Shown here piece after piece: positions 1 through 6,656 of a DNA stretch of 15,425 nt. Numbering within the stretch: position 1 is the first letter of the stretch; every line of letters starts with the position of its first letter. A model generated the notes under the pieces. That model did not search any database, had not been told where the DNA came from, and worked only from the letters and a program-made list of their open reading frames with translations. The DNA is from Candidatus Woesearchaeota archaeon (GTDB lineage Archaea > Nanobdellota > Nanobdellia > SCGC-AAA011-G17 > JAGVZF01), in assembly GCA_964549185.1 (NCBI GenBank), contig CAZJUI010000004.1, positions 54,637 through 70,061 of the forward strand, written 5' to 3'. Position numbers and translations under genes: made by a program.

Positions 1-87
1 ATTCGGTTGAATAAAATGAGTTATTTAATATATAAATTAATAAAAGGTTAGTTATTGTATAGTTATTAAAATTATGTATAAGAAAAA

Positions 88-708
88 CTAACGAATATCA
101 TCTAATCTTTCTGCTCTTCTCACTAAATGCTTATATGCTGATACTGGCTCGTTATAGAGGTTTTTTGTTCCGTTTAATATTGCTAAACCTATATTTGTAG
201 TTAAAAAATCCCCAAGTATATTCCCCCTCATACCAACAATTTGAGTAAAGAAAAAACCATTTATACCAAATAAAAAAGCAAATAAATAGCGTTCTTTTCT
301 TCTCTTAAAATCTGTGTTGATTCTTGTACTTGTCAATGAATATATTTCTGAATTATCCAATGGATGACTCAAATAACCAAGGTCTTTTTTTCTTACTTTT
401 AACTCTATTATTAATGCTCTATTTATGGATAAAAAAGATCCTTTCGGTATTCTTGTAAGTTCTTTTTCAATTTCAGATAGTTCCTCATTTTCCCTTTCTG
501 TAGCGATATTTGCTGGGTAATTTAGAGTTCCAATTAATTTATTGCTAAGTTCATCATGATTTGGATTTATTGCTGGACCATTTTTTAGTGTGTCAAAAAA
601 AAGCTTCCAATATTTTGGCTGGATTGTTTTTAAAAAACTCTTAGTACAATTTACATTTAAATAGAATGGAAATAGTTCTTCTAATTGTCTTGTGTAAGTG
701 TTTACCAT
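88..708 (-). CDS. hypothetical protein, 206 aa, with hydrophobic C-terminal segments
   Basis: Long ORF with its ATG at 708. A minus-strand BRE/TATA-like AAAACTTTATAAA lies at 742-730, and the TATA starts 29 nt before the ATG. I recognise no family motif. YLFAFLFGINGFFFTQIVGM and NIGLAILNG look membrane-associated. Confidence 0.6.
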   Translation of the reverse strand: MVNTYTRQLEELFPFYLNVNCTKSFLKTIQPKYWKLFFDTLKNGPAINPNHDELSNKLIGTLNYPANIATERENEELSEIEKELTRIPKGSFLSINRALIIELKVRKKDLGYLSHPLDNSEIYSLTSTRINTDFKRRKERYLFAFLFGINGFFFTQIVGMRGNILGDFLTTNIGLAILNGTKNLYNEPVSAYKHLVRRAERLDDIR

Positions 709-729
709 GATAATTTTACCACTAAGTAG

Positions 730-742
730 TTTATAAAGTTTT
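730..742 (-). promoter_or_regulatory. BRE/TATA promoter of ORF 88..708
   Basis: Minus strand reads AAAACTTTATAAA. The first T of TTTATAAA is at 737, exactly 29 nt upstream of the ATG at 708. Confidence 0.6.
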
Positions 743-755
743 CTGTGGATAAAAC

Positions 756-768
756 AAAGGTTTAAATA
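756..768 (+). promoter_or_regulatory. BRE/TATA promoter of small ORF 790..957
   Basis: AAAGGTTTAAATA. TTTAAATA starts at 761, exactly 29 nt before the ATG at 790. The same element and spacing occur at 3825-3838 and 7421-7433. Confidence 0.55.
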
Positions 769-789
769 ATTTTAGATTAGTATAAGCCT

Positions 790-957
790 ATGATAGAATT
801 ACTTAATAATAAAAATGTATTACTTGGCATTATACTAGCTATAATTCTATATTTTGTTTTATTTGGTAAAAATAAGAAAAATATTAAGTTTGAGAAAGAA
901 TATAATGAAATTTTAAGTTCTGAGAAATATAAAGTAAAAGGGCAGTATGAGAAGTAA
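790..957 (+). CDS. small membrane protein, 55 aa (not in the supplied ORF track)
   Basis: My translation is MIELLNNKNVLLGIILAIILYFVLFGKNKKNIKFEKEYNEILSSEKYKVKGQYEK, one clear TM helix followed by a charged tail. A consensus promoter sits at the fixed -29 spacing. The TAA at 955-957 abuts the stop of the convergent gene. The competing antisense ORF 777..998 has no promoter and overlaps the neighbouring gene. Confidence 0.45.
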   Translation: MIELLNNKNVLLGIILAIILYFVLFGKNKKNIKFEKEYNEILSSEKYKVKGQYEK

Positions 958-1320
958 TTATTTGTAAAGTTTTGGTTCACCAAATATGAAAGTTCCATCT
1001 CTTCTTCTAATTATCTCTTGATAAACTTTATTTTCTTCCTGATCCATATAGATAAAAACAGCTTCATATTTTCCATTTCCATCTAAATCAACATTCTTTG
1101 ATAAAGGCAAACTACTTTTAAATGTCCATGTTACATTAGATTTAAATCCACAATAAATTGCTTGAGGTTCAAGGTTTCTTTTAATATTTCTTGCATGTAG
1201 AATATTATAAGTTAAAAATCCTAAACTACTCAATACCACAACACCATATAATATATTCAAAAGACTATCTACCCCATTAAATCTTAAACCAAGTACACGA
1301 CGTTCTAGAGTTTTTACCAT
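958..1320 (-). CDS. membrane-anchored hypothetical protein, 120 aa, with a DxDGNG (FG-GAP/Ca-binding-like) motif
   Basis: N-terminal TM segment GVVVLSSLGFLTYNIL followed by a small beta-looking domain containing VDLDGNGKYEAVF. A promoter is present at the -29 spacing. Confidence 0.6.
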   Translation of the reverse strand: MVKTLERRVLGLRFNGVDSLLNILYGVVVLSSLGFLTYNILHARNIKRNLEPQAIYCGFKSNVTWTFKSSLPLSKNVDLDGNGKYEAVFIYMDQEENKVYQEIIRRRDGTFIFGEPKLYK

Positions 1321-1341
1321 ATAAATTTAATAATAAAGAAA

Positions 1342-1353
1342 CATTTAAACCTA
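1342..1353 (-). promoter_or_regulatory. BRE/TATA promoter of ORF 958..1320
   Basis: Minus strand reads TAGGTTTAAATG. The TATA starts at 1349, 29 nt upstream of the ATG at 1320. Confidence 0.55.
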
Positions 1354-1367
1354 CTTATTTAGAATAG

Positions 1368-1380
1368 CAAAGCTTATAAA
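1368..1380 (+). promoter_or_regulatory. BRE/TATA promoter of the thermosome operon (leadered transcript)
   Basis: CAAAGCTTATAAA lies about 80 nt upstream of the ATG at 1453. This implies a 5' UTR of roughly 50 nt, unlike most genes here. Confidence 0.45.
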
Positions 1381-1438
1381 CAACCATTTTACAATATTTT
1401 TGTTGATATTTCTAAAGTAAGGTGTTCAATGTATTGAT

Positions 1439-1444
1439 AAGGAG
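1439..1444 (+). promoter_or_regulatory. Shine-Dalgarno site of the thermosome gene
   Basis: AAGGAG with an 8-nt spacer to the ATG at 1453. Confidence 0.6.
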
Positions 1445-1452
1445 AAATAAAA

Positions 1453-3096
1453 ATGGCACAAAACCAACAACCAATTTTCATCTTAAGCGAAGGTAGTCAA
1501 AGAACTACTGGAAAAGATGCACAAAGAAATAATATAATGGCAGCTAGACTAGTTGCTGAAACTGTTAGGACAACTCTTGGACCAAAAGGAATGGACAAGA
1601 TGTTAGTGGATAGCTTAGGAGATGTTGTTGTTACAAATGATGGTGTTACAATTTTAGAAGAAATGCAGATTGAACATCCAGCTGCTAAGATGATAGTAGA
1701 AGTAGCTAAAACTCAAGAAGATGAAGTAGGAGATGGAACTACAACTGCAGTTGTAATTGCAGGAGAATTATTAAAAAATGCTGAAAATTTACTTGATCAA
1801 AATGTTCATCCAACTATAATTGCAAGAGGTTATAGGCAAGCTGCAGATGAAGCAATAAAAATATTAAATAAAATTGCGGAAAATGTCAATGAAAATGATA
1901 TTGAATTACTAAAAAATATTGCAATAACAGCGATGACTGGAAAGGGAGCGGAAGCTAACAAAGAAAGATTATCTGACATTTGCGTTAAAGCAATTAAGCA
2001 AGTTATGGAAAAAAACAATAATGAATTAGTAATTGATATGAACAGTATAAAATTAGAAAAGAAAATGGGCGGCGGAACAGAAGATAGCGAGTTAGTTCAA
2101 GGAATTTTAATTGATAAAGAAAGAGTTCATTCTGGAATGCCAAAAACAATAAAAAATGCAAAAATATTATTATTAGATTCTGCATTAGAAATTAAAAATA
2201 CAGAGACAGATGCAAAAATACAAATAAATGATCCAATGCAGTTACAAGCTTTTGTTGATCAAGAAGAAAAAATGTTAAAAAATATGGTGGATAAGGTAAT
2301 AAAAACAGGAGCAAATGTTGTAATATGCCAAAAGGGAATAGATGATATTGCCCAACATTATCTAGCTAAGCAAGGAATTTATGCTGTAAGAAGAGTGAAG
2401 AAAGAAGACATGGATAATTTGGCAAGAGCAACTGGGGCTGCTTTAATAACTAATTTGAATGATGTAAGTGGCTTAGATTTAGGAAATGCTGGAATTGTTG
2501 AAGAGCAAAGAATCGGAGATGAATCAATGACTTATGTCAGAGAATGCAAAAATCCAAAAGCTGTCACAATATTATTGAGGGGTGGAACAAAACATGTTAT
2601 TGATGAAATTGAAAGAGCAATGAAAGATGCTCTAGGAGATATCTCAGCTGCGCTAAAAGTTGGGAGAGTGGTTGCTGGTGGTGGAGCTCCTGAAGTTGAA
2701 GTTGCAAGAGGATTAAAACAATTTGCAAATAAATTAACAGGAAGAGAACAACTAGCTGTAAATGCATTTGCAGATGCTTTTGAAGTTATACCAAAGACAT
2801 TAGCTGAAAATGCAGGACTTGATCCAATTGATATGTTAACACAATTGAAAATGGAACATGACAAGGGAATGAAATGGGCTGGATTAGATGTTTTTTCAGG
2901 AAAAGTTGTTGATAATTGGAAACTTGGAGTTGTTGAACCATTAAAGATTAAAACTCAAGCAACAAAATCAGCAAGTGAAGTTACTGAATTAATATTAAGA
3001 ATTGATGATGTAATTGCAGCAGGTAATTTATCTGGAAGTCATGGTGGAATGCCTCCTGGAATGGGCGGAATGCCTGGAATGGGTGGGATGGAGTAA
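1453..3096 (+). CDS. ths: thermosome subunit (group II chaperonin, Cpn60/TCP-1 family)
   Basis: 547 aa. Hallmark motifs are [24 protein letters not shown] (nucleotide binding) and VAGGGAPE, plus a C-terminal GGM-type tail [17 protein letters not shown]. Confidence 0.97.
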   Translation: MAQNQQPIFILSEGSQRTTGKDAQRNNIMAARLVAETVRTTLGPKGMDKMLVDSLGDVVVTNDGVTILEEMQIEHPAAKMIVEVAKTQEDEVGDGTTTAVVIAGELLKNAENLLDQNVHPTIIARGYRQAADEAIKILNKIAENVNENDIELLKNIAITAMTGKGAEANKERLSDICVKAIKQVMEKNNNELVIDMNSIKLEKKMGGGTEDSELVQGILIDKERVHSGMPKTIKNAKILLLDSALEIKNTETDAKIQINDPMQLQAFVDQEEKMLKNMVDKVIKTGANVVICQKGIDDIAQHYLAKQGIYAVRRVKKEDMDNLARATGAALITNLNDVSGLDLGNAGIVEEQRIGDESMTYVRECKNPKAVTILLRGGTKHVIDEIERAMKDALGDISAALKVGRVVAGGGAPEVEVARGLKQFANKLTGREQLAVNAFADAFEVIPKTLAENAGLDPIDMLTQLKMEHDKGMKWAGLDVFSGKVVDNWKLGVVEPLKIKTQATKSASEVTELILRIDDVIAAGNLSGSHGGMPPGMGGMPGMGGME

Positions 3097-3097
3097 A

Positions 3098-3427
3098 ATG
3101 GAAAAACAAACTGTTGGGTTGGATGATTTATTGAAAACTAATTTCGAAGATGGAACTTTAGTAGAATATAAAAATGGATTTGGGTTTTCAGTTGAATGGG
3201 GTCGAGCTCATATCAGAAAAATGAAAATAGACGGTAAAAAACTTGAAATAGAAACAGATGGTGAAGCTCACTTGTATTTATCAGATATAAATCATATTCA
3301 TAGAGTTATAAGAGAGGGAGAGGTATTCTATTTGGATATTCCAATATTGTTTGGTTATGCTTTAGCTCCTAAGGGAGTAGAAATACCTAAGAAACCATCT
3401 TACGAGGGATTTATAAGAAGAAATTAA
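3098..3427 (+). CDS. hypothetical 109-aa protein translationally coupled to the thermosome gene
   Basis: The track ORF 3014..3427 overlaps the thermosome 3' end in another frame. The in-frame ATG at 3098 lies 1 nt after the thermosome TAA and is preceded by GGAG at 3090-3093. The product starts MEKQTVGLDDLLKTNFEDG. No recognisable family. Confidence 0.6.
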   Translation: MEKQTVGLDDLLKTNFEDGTLVEYKNGFGFSVEWGRAHIRKMKIDGKKLEIETDGEAHLYLSDINHIHRVIREGEVFYLDIPILFGYALAPKGVEIPKKPSYEGFIRRN

Positions 3428-3454
3428 AAAATAATACTTAAAATTCAAAGCTTG

Positions 3455-3461
3455 TTTTTTT
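3455..3461 (+). terminator. oligo-T tract (T7) after the thermosome operon
   Basis: GCTTGTTTTTTTA lies 28 nt after the stop at 3427. Archaeal terminators are typically oligo-T runs. Confidence 0.4.
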
Positions 3462-3463
3462 AT

Positions 3464-3757
3464 TCATATTACCCTATTTTTTTCGAGAAACTGTTTTATC
3501 TCACTTACCTTTCTCGGATTTAAAGAAATATGATTAGAAGAATCTTTTCCTGTTCTTTTTATTAGAATAATAACCCATTCATTTCTTATTAATTCTTTTA
3601 TTGTTTTTTCTACTTCTTTCCTTCCTTTATGTGTACTGCGATAATGCTCTGGAATTCCCTTAATTACAAAATTAAGAGGAGTGTGTTTTCCTCCCCAGAG
3701 ATTACCGCGAACCAATTTTTGAAGAATAAGTTTTTTCAAAATATTTATGTCTTCCAT
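3464..3757 (-). CDS. small basic protein, 97 aa, possible winged-helix DNA-binding fold
   Basis: The ORF starts MEDINILKKLILQKL. The segment EVEKTIKELIRNEWVIILIKRTGKDSSNHISLNP resembles a recognition helix plus beta-wing. It is divergent from the wHTH regulator gene. The functional call is weak. Confidence 0.5.
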   Translation of the reverse strand: MEDINILKKLILQKLVRGNLWGGKHTPLNFVIKGIPEHYRSTHKGRKEVEKTIKELIRNEWVIILIKRTGKDSSNHISLNPRKVSEIKQFLEKNRVI

Positions 3758-3802
3758 ATATAAATATAAAACAATAAAGTTAATAATAGTTTCTTTAACT
3801 TT

Positions 3803-3820
3803 TTATACATTGATGTATAA
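3803..3820. promoter_or_regulatory. perfect 8-2-8 palindrome, candidate operator
   Basis: TTATACAT-TG-ATGTATAA lies 5 nt upstream of the BRE/TATA of the regulator gene at 3860, within the divergent intergenic region. Confidence 0.45.
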
Positions 3821-3824
3821 TAAC

Positions 3825-3838
3825 GAAAGGTTTAAATA
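3825..3838 (+). promoter_or_regulatory. BRE/TATA promoter of the wHTH regulator gene
   Basis: GAAAGGTTTAAATA. TTTAAATA starts at 3831, exactly 29 nt before the ATG at 3860. Confidence 0.6.
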
Positions 3839-3859
3839 TTTACTTGTTTTATTAAAATT

Positions 3860-4189
3860 ATGAAAGAAGATTCAATATTTTTAGATCATGTTGGAGATAA
3901 TCCAAGAATGAGAATATTACAATACTTGATAGAAGGCAGAGATTTTGATTACACATTAACAGATATGCTCAATGCTAAAGTAAGTTGGGGTACTTTAAAT
4001 AGCATAGTACCAAAACTTCTAGAACTTGGATTATTGATAAAAACAAGAAAAATTGGAAGAGCAACTCTTTATAAGATTAATAAAAATAACATTGCTGTAA
4101 AGAAATTAATTGAATTGTATGATAATTTAATTCTACAGAAATTAGAAAACTTAGATAAAAATATGAAAAAGAAAGAAATTATAGCTTAA
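3860..4189 (+). CDS. winged helix-turn-helix transcriptional regulator (ArsR/TrmB-like), 109 aa
   Basis: NPRMRILQYLIEG...YTLTDMLNAKVSWGTLNSIVPKLLELGLLIKTRKIGRATLYKIN is a typical HTH plus wing (GRxxLYxIN) pattern. It is followed by a C-terminal coiled-coil-like tail. Confidence 0.75.
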   Translation: MKEDSIFLDHVGDNPRMRILQYLIEGRDFDYTLTDMLNAKVSWGTLNSIVPKLLELGLLIKTRKIGRATLYKINKNNIAVKKLIELYDNLILQKLENLDKNMKKKEIIA

Positions 4190-4254
4190 TTAGTTAAAAA
4201 AATTAAAGATATTACACACCATTATAGTCCGAAAAATTTTATTTAATACCCAAC

Positions 4255-4323
4255 TTTTTTTCTAATTCTAACAAAGCTTTTTTATCTGCTTCATGAAGTT
4301 TTTTGTTTGTAGTTTTCCTTTTT
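4255..4323 (+). terminator. cluster of oligo-T tracts downstream of the regulator gene
   Basis: T7 at 4255-4261, T6 at 4278-4283, T6 at 4299-4304, T4 at 4313-4316 and T5 at 4319-4323 on the plus strand. This is compatible with archaeal multi-T termination. It competes with a 40-aa minus-strand ORF call (see findings). Confidence 0.35.
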
Positions 4324-4490
4324 GAAGAACCTCTAAGTTTTGTAAGATTTATAGTTTTCATGATATTATTAATTATTTATTAAGTAACATTTAAGCTTTT
4401 CTAATTCTTATAATAAAAGATTTGATAATATCTTAATTTTATCTTTAAGAATATATTTTCCTCTATCTATTGTGTAACTCTAGAGTTAAA

Positions 4491-4507
4491 CAACCTTATT
4501 TTTAAAC
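4491..4507 (+). promoter_or_regulatory. BRE/TATA promoter of the NHL-hydrolase gene
   Basis: CAACCTTATTTTTAAAC. The T/A box starts at 4500-4501, 28-29 nt before the ATG at 4529. Confidence 0.5.
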
Positions 4508-4528
4508 TTTTATTTTATTATATAAGAT

Positions 4529-6619
4529 ATGAGTGGTGACAAGCTAAAAAGAGAAATCAATCTTTATGGAAGTATTTTATTATCCTTAGCTATGCTTGGA
4601 TGTGGTGGAAAGAAAGCTACAATTCCAGAAGTTAGAGATGAAAAAACAGTTACTATTGGAGTTAATGGCGGAAATATAGAATTAAATGGAATGAAATTAG
4701 ATTTTAGAAGAAATTGTTTTAGTGAAGATACAGAAGTAATAGTAAGAAAAGTTAATCCGAACATTAATGCTGAATATCAAGACGCTAGATCATTAGAAAT
4801 AAAATTAGAAAATACTGCTAAAGATACAATATTTGTAAGTTCTGATAAGGATGGCATAGGAACATATGAAAGAGATGGAATAAAACATATTACTAAAGTA
4901 GAAAATTTAAAATTTGGAATACCACCAAGAAACCAAATTACAGGATTAGAAGATATAACAACAGCTTCTATAATAAACGGAAAGAAAAATGAATATAAAT
5001 TAATTTTTAATAGATATGATGGAAATTCTAAAAAACCAATTGTTGTTTTTATTCATGGATTGAATAGTAATTCTAGAACCTTTGATTTTTTAAGAGAGGG
5101 AATACCAAGTGATTATGATGTTGTGAGTGTAGAATATGATTTTGAAGAAAGCACAGAAATAAGTGTTGAGAAAATAAAAAGTTTTTTAGCTACTCTTTCA
5201 ACAGATAGAGAAATTTATGAAATAGATCATAGCAAAGGATGTGAAGTTGGATTGGATGTGGCAATAAATGATAAAAGAATAAAGAAAATAGTACAGCTAG
5301 GACCACCAAATAGGGGATTTATTACAAAAGAGGAAAGTTTAAACAAAAGTTTAGAAGCATTAGTTAATTCTGAGATGTTAGAAAATTTACTTAATATAGG
5401 AGCTTTTGGGATTGTTATTCCGACTAAATTGATTAACCAAGGAACTAAAGATATGATCGTTAATAGTCCTTATATGAAACATTTAAACCAGGCTCATGAT
5501 TTAACTAATGTTGATTTATTAATTATAGGTGGAGAATACAATTCAGGAAATCTTGATTCAATATTAGAAAGACCCCATGATGGATTATTATCTTGGATAA
5601 CCTCTAATTTTAATCTATTTCCAGGTAATGTTTTACATCCGAGATTTTTAAACATATTTACAGATTTACAGAATTCAAGCCATGGGTCTATGGTAAGAGA
5701 ACAGCAAACTTTAGATAAGATACTGGAATTTTTAGAAAAAGAGAATTCAGGTATTATAACACCAAAATATGCTTTACAGTGGGGGGGCAATGGAAATGCT
5801 AATGGACAGTTTAAAAAACCATATGGAATCGAAGTCGATGATATGGGAAATGTTTATGTTACAGATTCTGAAACTAATAGAATTCAAAAATTTACAAGTG
5901 ATGGAAAGTTTATCAGCAAATTTTCTTTGAGCAGCCAATTTCTTTCAAAAATGCCTGTTGGAATAGAGATAGATAATAACAATAATATTTATGTTATAGA
6001 CAAAATTGGAGACCGTGTAAATAAGTTTGATAAGGATGGCAAACAAATTGGTGGATGGGGTTCTCATGGTTTAGCGGGAGGTTATTTTTTTGATCCTTGG
6101 GGAATAGCAGTTAATGAAAATGATGAGGCATATGTAGCAGATGCTTTAAACAACAGAATTCAAAAATTTACAAGTGATGGAAAGTTTATCACACAATGGG
6201 GGGCAAAAGGACCATTTAATCAAGGGGGAAGTGGCGATGGGGAATTAATATCCCCAAGTGGGATTGCTTTTGATGATATGGGAAATGTTTATGCTGTAGA
6301 TAATAATAGTAGAGTACAGGTATTTGACAGCAATGGAAAATTTTTAAGAAAGTTTGCATCTACTGGCAGTGGAGATGGACAGTTATTTAGACCGTTGGGA
6401 ATTGCTATAGATGTTAATGGGAAGATTTATGTAGTTGATACAGGAAATAATCGTATAGAAATTTTCAATAATGATGGAAGCTTTATTACTAAGTTCGGAT
6501 ATTATGGATCAGATAATGGACAATTCGCCAGTCCGGCAGATATTGCTTTAGATAGAGATGGGAAGATTTATGTATTGGATACGAATAATTACCGTGTTCA
6601 GAAATTTGAATATAAATAA
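4529..6619 (+). CDS. predicted lipoprotein: alpha/beta-hydrolase (lipase/esterase-like) domain fused to a six-blade NHL-repeat beta-propeller
   Basis: 696 aa. Signal/lipobox SILLSLAMLGC. Hydrolase features are VVFIHGLNSNS (HG oxyanion motif), DHSKG at 5225-5239 (nucleophile elbow with Asp in place of the first Gly), then PHDGLLS and SSHGSM as possible acid and His. Six NHL repeats of the type G-x-F-x-P-x-GIA-x-D-x-x-G-x-IYV-x-D-x-x-N-x-RIQ-x-F lie from about 5771 to the end. Confidence 0.85.
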   Translation: MSGDKLKREINLYGSILLSLAMLGCGGKKATIPEVRDEKTVTIGVNGGNIELNGMKLDFRRNCFSEDTEVIVRKVNPNINAEYQDARSLEIKLENTAKDTIFVSSDKDGIGTYERDGIKHITKVENLKFGIPPRNQITGLEDITTASIINGKKNEYKLIFNRYDGNSKKPIVVFIHGLNSNSRTFDFLREGIPSDYDVVSVEYDFEESTEISVEKIKSFLATLSTDREIYEIDHSKGCEVGLDVAINDKRIKKIVQLGPPNRGFITKEESLNKSLEALVNSEMLENLLNIGAFGIVIPTKLINQGTKDMIVNSPYMKHLNQAHDLTNVDLLIIGGEYNSGNLDSILERPHDGLLSWITSNFNLFPGNVLHPRFLNIFTDLQNSSHGSMVREQQTLDKILEFLEKENSGIITPKYALQWGGNGNANGQFKKPYGIEVDDMGNVYVTDSETNRIQKFTSDGKFISKFSLSSQFLSKMPVGIEIDNNNNIYVIDKIGDRVNKFDKDGKQIGGWGSHGLAGGYFFDPWGIAVNENDEAYVADALNNRIQKFTSDGKFITQWGAKGPFNQGGSGDGELISPSGIAFDDMGNVYAVDNNSRVQVFDSNGKFLRKFASTGSGDGQLFRPLGIAIDVNGKIYVVDTGNNRIEIFNNDGSFITKFGYYGSDNGQFASPADIALDRDGKIYVLDTNNYRVQKFEYK
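5879..5915 (+). repeat. 37-nt exact intragenic repeat, copy 1 (NHL blade 1)
   Basis: AGAATTCAAAAATTTACAAGTGATGGAAAGTTTATCA is identical to 6155-6191. It encodes RIQKFTSDGKFI. Confidence 0.9.
6155..6191 (+). repeat. 37-nt exact intragenic repeat, copy 2 (NHL blade 3)
   Basis: Identical to 5879-5915. A second exact 22-nt pair, GATGATATGGGAAATGTTTATG, lies at 5837-5858 and 6272-6293. Confidence 0.9.
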
Positions 6620-6620
6620 T

Positions 6621-6635
6621 GAAAATCTTTATAAA
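6621..6635 (+). promoter_or_regulatory. BRE/TATA promoter of ORF 6657..7409
   Basis: GAAAATCTTTATAAA. TTTATAAA starts at 6628, exactly 29 nt before the ATG at 6657. Confidence 0.6.
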
Positions 6636-6656
6636 TCTAAAACTTAACTAATAATC

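Noticed and set aside
777-998. 73-aa minus-strand ORF from the track
   Set aside because: It overlaps the 3' end of gene 958..1320 by 41 nt and has no promoter or SD. Its composition is F/L/S/N-rich and low in complexity, typical of an antisense frame. The plus-strand 55-aa ORF with a consensus promoter explains the interval better.
1830-2864. Three minus-strand ORFs (1830..2018, 2003..2185, 2532..2864) inside the thermosome gene
   Set aside because: These are shadow ORFs antisense to a very confidently identified conserved gene. Their products are low-complexity and carry no motifs.
3014-3097. N-terminal 28 codons of track ORF 3014..3427
   Set aside because: This part overlaps the thermosome GGM tail in another frame and yields an implausible W/C/E-rich peptide. 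The ATG at 3098, just after the thermosome stop, is the sensible start.
4425-4460. Imperfect inverted repeat ATATCTTAA ... TTAAGAATAT upstream of the NHL-hydrolase gene
   Set aside because: The arms are not exact complements (one extra base), and the sequence is generic AT-rich intergenic DNA. This is not enough to call a regulatory site.
4564-5790. Minus-strand ORFs 4564..4764 and 5494..5790 inside the NHL-hydrolase gene
   Set aside because: Both are antisense to a well-supported 696-aa gene. They have no independent signals.
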